A stretch of DNA of 61,379 nucleotides, counting the filler, from Hausera hauseri (Eukaryota), in assembly GCA_046269625.1 (NCBI GenBank). It is 11 parts of 11 records of this genome, joined end to end, with 100 filler letters (N's around TTAATTAATTAA, not from the genome) between each part and the next. Parts side by side here need not be neighbours in the genome. Positions count along the whole stretch, not along the records: positions 50,013 to 56,605 come from JBJURY010082991.1; positions 56,706 to 61,379 come from JBJURY010480243.1; 9 more parts are not named here. The stretch is one strand, 5' to 3'. Each line of letters starts with the position of its first letter. The first letter of the stretch is position 1. Both the position numbers and the translations under genes were made by a program. The notes under the pieces are model-generated. The model was not told the origin of the DNA and ran no database searches. It saw only the letters and a program-made list of their open reading frames with translations. Positions 52,797-61,379 of this stretch are shown piece by piece.

Positions 52797-55700
52797 GAGG
52801 GGGAATTAGTTACCCCGCAATATGGGACCCGCCGCGGCGAGGCTGAGGTCCCGGCCGCCCACCCTGCGCCATTGGGTCAGACGGCGCCTTTCGCTGCCGC
52901 CCCACAGCGCGCCCCTAGGCATATCACCTCTCCCTACTCCATCTTCTTTTTTTTAAATAACAAATATATACACACATACACAGCATTACATTTACATACT
53001 GCAACCATTTACACCTTCATCTCTACCTTACTCCATTCATCTGATTTCTACCTCACATACAATGGATCTGTCGTGCCTTTCGCTGAACCCCGCCATCCTT
53101 CTACAACTTGCGTCTGCTTTCACATTCACTTCCGTACACGTGGTGGCATGGATTCGTCACCCGCAATTGATACCACGGACAAACTCACTAAACAACAGAT
53201 CCCCATCATTCACTTATCCAAACAAAGTGCTTCAAACACCCTACACAACACACCCTCCTCACTCATTAACCCTGCACCGAATACTTCCTGGACAGCCAAA
53301 ACTCTACTCAAACTTGGCTAAAACTGCACCAATTTTGGCTCCAATCACAAAACGTCGTCGACTCTTTATCCAAAGCCAACAGCCTCTTTCTCCACTTACC
53401 AGCTTCCATAAAAACTAAAATTACCAATATCATCGATATCATTCAGCACACCGACCCATATACTGAACTTTATAATGCCGTTCTCAAGCTTACTGAGCCG
53501 TCAATCGATTCAGTCATTCAAAGGTTTTTCAACGATAACGCCATGGGCCTTCAGAAGCCTTTTGAATTCTTATGCACATCCTTGTCTCACATCAACATCC
53601 TTGGCGTCACATATAAGCATAGTCCAGAACTTATTCACAGCTACCTTTTAAATGCATTGCCCCTTCAAATAAGAGCTTTGCTTACCGTCGGCGAAGACTC
53701 CATGGCTCTTGACAAGCTAGCCGAACTGGCAGACAAAGCATACGAAATACTGCACTCACACACAACACCAACTGCCTTTGCAGCATTAACAACAGACCAA
53801 CAACAACAAAATGCAATGCTGCAGCAACAAAATGCGCAATTACGAACGAAAAATGAAAAGTTACAGAAGACAATTAACAACATAAACGAAAAATTAAACA
53901 AATTAAGGCTACCTCGACACGGTTTATCTAAGGCTGCTTCCCCTAATGTACTTAATCAACGTCAAAAACGGTCGCCTTCGCCTGCGCGTTCATCTATTTG
54001 CTATTATCATAGCAAATTTAATAACAATACTCAGAAATGCTGCATCGGTGGTAAATTGTATTCCCATCATTTTAATACAAGCAACATCGTTTGCATCTAT
54101 TACTCAAAATTTGGCACAAAAGCACAAAAATGCCTACCTGGCTGTATATTCAGCACACACAATAAGACCAACACTAATAAGCTAGCACAAAACAGTAAGC
54201 CAAACTCACCAGTTCTAAAAAACTGATTTCGCCGCTAGGACACATGGCAAGTCCTAGAAAAAGCAACAACATGCAAAAACATAGCAGACACATTTATTTT
54301 GCTGTATTTACGTTGGAAGCAGCAGTTGTCACTCCAACAAAGCAAGATATTAACTTTCTTATAGACACCGGCGCAGAAATCTCCTTACTGCCACCAACAC
54401 ACCACATCTAAAACAATTTTACTTCAAAAAAGCAACTGTTCACTGCGTCCGGTGAACCTTTACAAATTTGTGGAGTTACTACATCAACATTCACTCTTTC
54501 ACACTTCACAAACGCATTAATATGGAAATTTACAATAGCCAGTGTACGCACACCTATATTGGGTTCAGACTTTCTGTCCCACTACAATTTACTTGTAGAT
54601 TGCAAACAATGTTCCTTAAAGTGCGGAAATAATCTTAATCAAATTAGCAGCATTTCGGCGACCACTCCGGCGATCGCTTCCAACAAACAAATACTGAAGC
54701 AAACGACTTCCGATTTAAATTATTTTTGTAATCATGCACTATACAGAAATTTTTACTACAGTGACAAATACGATACTGCCAACTGCGTGGCACTAATTAC
54801 TGATAGCACAGCTGCCAACATCATCTTCAACACAAGCATCCTGCACCAAATACCACCTAGTCACAACACCTTGTCTATAACTCATACCTCAACTGCATCC
54901 AGTCACGATGCATCGACACCGCCTGATAACTCTTCATCGTTGTCTTCTGATCTACAACAATACATTTCGTCTTCCTGCACGCGTCTTTTGCAAAAGGACA
55001 AATCATTCGTAACACCTCAATCCACCTTTTATCATATAGTAACAGCACATCAAAGACCAATACGTCAAAAGGTCCGCCCGCTATCGCCTCGTCTCAGACA
55101 GGCAGTGGAGGTTGAGTTTCCCGAAGTGGAAAGATCAAGAATAATCAGAAGATCCAAATCCCCTTGGTCTTCACCACTGCATGTGGTTCAAAAAAAGATG
55201 GTACCTTTCACCCATGCAGTGATTACCGCCAACTCAACACCATAACAACAATGGATGCCTATGTTCTACCATTAATCAGCGACATTCTTCACAGGCTCCA
55301 GGGTTCGACCATCTTTTCCTGCATTGATCTACACAAAGAATACCATCAAATTCCGGTGGCCCCAGATGACATTCCGAAAACGGCTGTCATTACACCTGTC
55401 GGCCTTTTTGAATAACTTTTTATATCTTTTGGACTCCGTAGCGCCTTCCAGACCTTCCAAAGGCATATAGATACAGTTCTCTCAGGTTTAGACTTCGCCT
55501 ATCCCTATATTTATGATATCTTAACTGCATCATCTTCTTCGAAGTAACACTCTGAACACTTTCGTTTAATCTTCCAGCCCTTGCACCAAAACAACTTGCA
55601 AGTCAATTTCTCCAAATGCTCCTTTTCTCAACATATGGTCAACTTCATAGGACATGTTATTAGCTCCTCCGGACATTCGCCTCAGCCAGACCGCATCACA

Positions 55701-56605
55701 CAGCTCAAAAACATACAACTACCACGTACATCCACAGAGATGCGTTCTTTCCTCGGAACCTTGCACTTCATTCATAAGTATGTTCTACACTGCTCCACTC
55801 TAACCGCTCCATTTGCATCACTAATCTATGTCAAGAAGAAACAGCCCATTCAGTGGACCACCAAGTTAGTCAACGCTTTCAATTATCTCAAAGACAATTT
55901 AAAAGCCGTCGAAATCCTGGCCTATCCAAATTCCCATGCAGTACTCTTCCTAACCACGGACGCATCCACAACAGTTGCAGGTGCTGTCCTCCATCAAGTT
56001 AAAAATGGATCCCATGAGCCATTGGAATTCTTTTCTCGAAAATTGACAACACAGGAGTAAAGATATTCCATCTTTGACAGAGAGTTGCTTACAATGGTCC
56101 TTGCCGTAAAACACTTTAAACATCTGCTTCCCGCACGAACTTTTACGATACAAACGGACCATAAGCCCTTGCTTCAAATTCTTACCATAAAATCACCTTC
56201 TCCACGTCAGGAGAGGCAAATTTCCTATTTGTCAACATTTAACTTTCTAATTAAGCACCTAAACGGAGTCGATAATTTAGTAGGTGACTTTTTGTCCCGA
56301 TCGGTCAGCTCGATTGATTTTACACCAATTTTTCCTCAATCCAAACTTTAACAAAACCAGCCACTTCCTGCCATCCTTAAATCTTTTAAATCGTGCAAAA
56401 CCATCGACGGTGTGGCCTTTGACACTTTTAAATCTAATAATTCCAAAGTCATTATTTCTGAATCGCTTCAAAACGAAGCATTCAACAGCATTTGTTCGTT
56501 GCATCATCCCGGTGCCAAGGTCACATTTGACTCTTACAACGCCAAGTAGTATGGCCGTCGATGCGCTCTGACGTGCAGGCATGGGTTAGGCAGTGTGTGG
56601 CATGC
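52797..56605 (+). mobile_element. Gypsy (CsRN1-like) copy C: leader, UBL-RTRGG, gag with tandem CHCC motifs, -1 frameshift, PR-RT-RNaseH-IN (stops present)
   Basis: CYYHSKF...KC and CIYYSKFG..AQKCLPGC; FLIDTGAEISLLP; SPWSSPLHVV, DYRQLN, IPKTAVITPVGLFE, YIYDIL (YxDD mutated); LTTDAS; TDHKPL; integrase HPG...CVAC. Confidence 0.92.
54217..54223 (+). promoter_or_regulatory. -1 ribosomal frameshift slippery site A-AAA-AAC at the gag/pol junction
   Basis: CTA AAA AAC TGA ends gag, and the -1 frame is open from there to the protease DTGA. A similar CTAAAAACTAA occurs near 22920 in copy A. Confidence 0.7.
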
Positions 56606-56705
56606 NNNNNNNNNNNNNNNNNNNNNNNNNNNNNNNNNNNNNNNNNNNNTTAATTAATTAANNNNNNNNNNNNNNNNNNNNNNNNNNNNNNNNNNNNNNN
56701 NNNNN

Positions 56706-57400
56706 CTAACGTAAGTCTTCTGGTGACCAACATGTACGTGGACTGTGACCTAGAAGGAGACTCACCAATTGAAATATGTACGGCAGGAATTGTTCGACTT
56801 CTTTCTGAAAGACCGTTTCGAATATCGGTGCCAGTGCAGTTTTAAATTCACTGACGTAATTGGGATTGTTACTGCACACGACTTTTATGCACAGCGAAAC
56901 GGATTCCATTAGGAAATGACTGAATCGTGGTTTCTTTGGATTTTTAACGGCTAAATCCAATTTTCGTAGTGAGAATGGCAAAATTTTATCCAACGGAAGC
57001 TGACTAGTTTTCAACAAACTCAAACAACGCATAATGGCCTGCATTGCACAGTTATGCTCTTCTGATGCTTCGATATCCCGACAGTTATATTCTGGTGAGT
57101 AAGACGGATGAGAAATGCTTGATCAGTCATTGGTTTTAGCATTTTGTTCGGCTCAACGGTGGCTGCACTGACAGTATCTGATGTTTCGACTGAATTGTTG
57201 ATGGAGAAATAAAATAATTCCTGGATTTCACCGAGATGTAAGTATGGGATGTAAAATTGCAACTGTTAGCCGTCGATTATGACACAACCAGTCTCTCCTG
57301 GTTTAATTGGTTGACAAAAATAGTTGATCCTACTGGATCCGTGACCGTTATACAGTATTGGACTTCTGCCCGTTGTACAGCGACTGCGTACAGATGTGGG
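56706..57400 (-). pseudogene. CSE1L: Exportin-2 fragment; the upstream part is disrupted
   Basis: MQAIMRCLSLL...KNPKKPRFSHFLMES...VFQKEVEQFLPYIFQLVSLLL versus CSE1L MKAIMRSFSLL...KNPSKPHFNHYMFE...QEFIPYVFQVMSLLL. Confidence 0.85.
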
Positions 57401-57432
57401 CATCTGACACCAGTGTGAATTTTGGTTGAGAC

Positions 57433-58041
57433 ATGCCTATGATTCGATCTAACATGCCCTCTTTATCTGCCAACGATACGGGTCCTGATCGTCTGATGGT
57501 TGAAATGCAACACGATAAATGTAGATATGTTTCTGTTAATTATCAGACTGAATTCAATCAAAATCAAATGTTACCAATGTACTCCAAGAATTGTCCTTCA
57601 TCGAAAATGAATACAAACTATCAAAACGGTCAATTTTTCCCACTAATGGAAGTGTCCCAATCACGTTATTCAGATCAAGTCTGTATTCCACACTATCAAT
57701 ATCCTCACTTCTTCCCAGATGAAAATCAATTAATGTTTTGTGATCAAAATTTGAATTATCTAAGTGAGGGTGTGAAATCTAGTAGAACTCTAATCGACAG
57801 TTGCTCATTAATCGAACAGGATATTCATAATTATGAAGCAGAATTACAATGTTCGCCACAAAGTCCTTCAAAAACACCAAATCAAATATACAAAATTCAC
57901 ACTAATCAACTTCTGGATTTGTGTAAATTGATCAAGAACACATACATTAGTCTAATTGACCGTATTGTGGAAGATGATGTGTTGTCTAGCAGAAATACAT
58001 GTAAACGTGTTGAGAAAAGTCCGTTTGGGTATTATTTTTGA
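57433..58041 (+). CDS. Hypothetical protein fragment (Q/N-rich N-terminus, helical C-terminus)
   Basis: 202-codon open frame only; no family recognised. Confidence 0.3.
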   Translation: MPMIRSNMPSLSANDTGPDRLMVEMQHDKCRYVSVNYQTEFNQNQMLPMYSKNCPSSKMNTNYQNGQFFPLMEVSQSRYSDQVCIPHYQYPHFFPDENQLMFCDQNLNYLSEGVKSSRTLIDSCSLIEQDIHNYEAELQCSPQSPSKTPNQIYKIHTNQLLDLCKLIKNTYISLIDRIVEDDVLSSRNTCKRVEKSPFGYYF

Positions 58042-58059
58042 CCAGAATCAATATCTCAA

Positions 58060-60291
58060 TCAATTGAAAGTTTCATACGAAAGTAATAATAGCGACACTT
58101 TTGTTTTTGTCAACCCACTGCCGTTTGTCGTCGAACGGATACAATGTTTTCTTTTCTGAGCTGATTATCATAATGTGGTAATTTTTAGTTCCCATTCGCT
58201 GATCTTCCACTATGGTGCTCCAACCGGTTTCATAAGAATGTAGGTAAGTGTCAAAGTACAAGTCTGCCTGTTTGAGATTTATGCCTTTGCGTGTGAGGAC
58301 TGGTTTGGTTTGGATTTTGAGGGAATATGATTTCGGCCGTAGGAAAATAACCTCTTGATACTAAACCCTGCTATTACTCTTGTTTTTAAATTTTCCAATC
58401 ATGGCTGTGAAACAACTCGAGTACAGCGGATTACTCTTGTCATAGTTCGACGTATCTAACTGCTCGTTTGCTATCACTGCCGGTAAGAGTTGCGATTTTA
58501 AGTGAATACCACGACATTCAAGAAATCAGCTGTCTGTCTCACCAGCAACTGTATTAAGTTCACAGTGAAACTAGTGCCAATATGTCTCAAACTCGTTATA
58601 ATTCAGCTCATCCATGCGTAACTTGGATAGATCAAGTACGTCCTGATCGACGTATAAGGGCTTATCTAATGTGACCATGACTTTATCGAGGAGAATGGTA
58701 ACCAGATCATCGGTTATTATAATGCTCTCTTTAAACTGGGCTTTACTAGAATATGTAGCTTGATTTTTAATGTTATTACACAGTCTCAGATTTGACCTAT
58801 TCAGCAGATTTGCAACTGTTTTGCCGTACAAGCTATTGTACTTAAGCTTAAAACATAACAGTGATCCCGAACAAATTTAGTGCCCTGTCCGTGGCAAAGG
58901 TAACATGCTGTGGCGTTTCTGAACTGTATCCATTCAGCTGATGTTAATTGAATCATTGGCTTTTTGGAATTTCATACCAGGGAAAAACAAGCTTCTTAAC
59001 AATTTCCTCTAAACATGCCAGAAATTCAACTATGGAATTTTCACCTACAAATTGCCTATATTCAATATGTGTTGGTGTTACTAACAAGAGACCGACTGCA
59101 TCAGGAAAATGAATATGCTTGATTTTATCGTCAGGCCACAGAACAGATTCAAAGTCAGCATATACGACGAAAGGAGGACTTATAGATTTGGCCCAGTCGT
59201 TAAACTCGCAAAACTTATTTTCGGACATTTTGTACAACGTAGTGCACTTAGAAGAGGACATGCACATCGGCAAATGCCTAGTATAAGCTATATCAAGCCT
59301 AAAGCCACGCGAGCATTTTTCACACCAATGTTTACATTGAATACGGATTTTCTTACTGTTTATATTTAATACCGCCTGTGATTAGGGACACCAACATAGT
59401 GAAACCTGTCATTATTTTCGAAAATCGACAAGTTCACTACAGAACCTTTCGGATTTTTGCTTATATTCAAAATATCGACGAATGGATTTTTTACTGTGTC
59501 CTCATCAAAATCTACATCATCGTCCTCATGAAACAAAAAGACATTAATTGACAACTGAGGATTGTGTGCATATTTTCATGGGCATATCATCTAAAGAATA
59601 TTTCACTTCACTTAAGAAAGGAGTGTAATTGTCAATCCTTTATCTATGATTTTTATCAAATACAGAATTTTTGGTCACATCAAGAATGGAGTATAAGAAA
59701 CACTAATTGTCCTAATTTTGAACATTAATAACGGCCTTTTCATTTTTCAAAGTGTCGGGTGTTGGTATATATGACTTACCAGACAAGTAGGGTAGTGAAC
59801 TTGTTCTGTCTATATGAAAACAGTATTTTAATATCTTACCCACCTTCCACCCACTACTCATTTCAGCAAAATTCTCAATTTTCTCTCGTAAACTATCAGC
59901 TACAAAAATAACACCGCTCATAAGGGTCAGCCCTATGTGAAATGTAAGTTTCCTTTGTATCACCTTCAACATTCTCAAACAGAATCTCAAGACCGTACTG
60001 AACCTTGCAGGATAAAAACTGAGAAGTGTACAGGTGTAAGGTAGTTAGTATTTTATCAGGTGGTAAAGTAGAATTCAGTTGGTCAGGAGCCACATCAAAA
60101 CAAAGCTTGAAATAATTATTACCAACAACAGATTGTACATCGAGTCTAATTTTTCGTACAGGCGTATCAATATGTTTGTCAAGTTTACGTTTTCTATTTC
60201 CATTGTGATCAGGCTTCATTGTCCGTTTGACTGGTTGTTGTTGGTTAAATGTTAGTAGTATAAAATTGCCGGTTCTAGGCCACCCTCCCAT
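58060..60291 (-). mobile_element. Polinton/Maverick-type protein-primed DNA polymerase B, degenerate with an internal deletion
   Basis: SSGWKV...YIPTP..LKNEKAVINVQN; PFVVYADFES; KLKYNSLYGKT; KPLYV...LDLSKLRM; GETDS; DTSNY; LRPKSYS; LYPFDDKR. Confidence 0.85.
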
Positions 60292-60555
60292 TGCGTAACT
60301 TCCGGTCTGAAATTGCGCTACTTCCGATTTAGAGCTGCGTCAAGTCTGGTGCAAATTGCGCCACATGCGACAGAAATTGCGTCACTTCCGCTGAAAATTG
60401 CGTAATTTTCACCCGAAGTGACGCAATTTTCGGGCAGGAAATTACGCAGAAGTTGCGCAACAGCGGTATCCTGATGGAAAAATTGCGGAAATGGCGTAAG
60501 GACACCGAGAAATTGACCTGAAAGAAAAAGTGGTTCTTGGGGAATTGCGTGTGAC
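60290..60555. repeat. Cluster of short AAATTGCG(T)/ACTTCCG motifs in both orientations upstream of pPolB
   Basis: ATTGCGTAACTTCCG, AAATTGCGCTACTTCCG, AAATTGCGTCACTTCCG, inverted GAAGTGACGCAATTT, and further partial copies. Confidence 0.55.
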
Positions 60556-61379
60556 TGAAGAAAAAAATGCAATTTTCTCTTCACGGTTGACCTAGACACA
60601 TTACGGCGGTTCGAGTGGTATAAGGATTGTAGGGATAAATCTTCTGGATGGTCCGTAAAAGGTTATGCCGGTTCTGGAACAGTTCCGTTTTTTCGGTGAA
60701 AATGACCGGAAAGTCAATATCTCAGCCCATAGGAGTCGTACGGAGTTCGTTTTGGCGTAATTCGATTCGTCTCAATGAGCTGAGGCGGATGGATTACAAA
60801 GTGATATGATTGGTTTGTGCGGGCCGGAGTTATGAGCAGAAAACTGAGCAAAAAAATAAGTTTGAAATAAGTACTGCTCAAAATTCTTACATCACACAGG
60901 GCTTTCATCGATTTCATCGAGTAATATTCGGTTAGATCTATCGACTGGTATGTGAATTGTGCGCCCCAATGAGTAGTTTGAGCACAAATCAATTGTGCGC
61001 TAGAGCGATTTAAAGGAGAAAAAACGGGGAAAATGACCATAACTCCGGAACGGTAGTGGATAGTGAACTGATCCGTATAGCGTTAGAACGGTGATATGGA
61101 GAAGAATCGAACAGTGCAATGATCATGAATCTCCGACTCACCAAGTTTGAGCAGTGAGCAATTTAGCACTTTTGAGGTTTTATGGGCATTGCATCGGAAC
61201 GAAAACCCGTATTGTCGGTTTCTTTGCACAATTGGTCTTGGTATGGCAGCGCCATTTGAACGATATATAACATGTTCGTACAACTCTTCTGGCGGCCCGA
61301 CAAAGGGTATGCCGGTTCTGGAACAGTTGAGGTTTTTCCGGCAAATTTCCAATAATGTACTGTAGCTCAGCCGACAACA

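Overview
The window is not one locus. It holds 11 short, AT-rich eukaryotic draft contigs joined by artificial 100-bp spacers (N44-TTAATTAATTAA-N44). Tiny GT-AG introns (about 40-50 nt) and the gene content point to a compact-genome invertebrate animal (inference). Host genes are a mucin-like 78-bp-repeat gene, a RING-IBR-RING gene abutting a flavin amine oxidase, V-ATPase subunit c'' (ATP6V0B), a small secreted amidase-like protein, a kringle-repeat gene and a CSE1L fragment. Most of the rest is decayed mobile DNA: Tc1/mariner, hAT, Polinton-type pPolB, a possible CRESS-virus Rep and several retroelements. Four observations stand out. (1) A CsRN1-like Gypsy family (3 copies) has Gag preceded by a structured GC-rich leader and a ~70-aa ubiquitin-like domain ending RxRGG|M. 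(2) One of these copies sits in a contig with a 77-bp terminal overlap (circle or tandem unit) that carries fragments of BI-1, CABIN1, a BLM-type RecQ and NAA15. (3) A Gag-zinc-knuckle element carries a BOK-like Bcl-2 domain. (4) A two-copy element has the order Gag knuckle - long insert with an internal UBL - chuvirus-type glycoprotein - aspartic protease. All family assignments come from motif recognition by eye; no database search was run.
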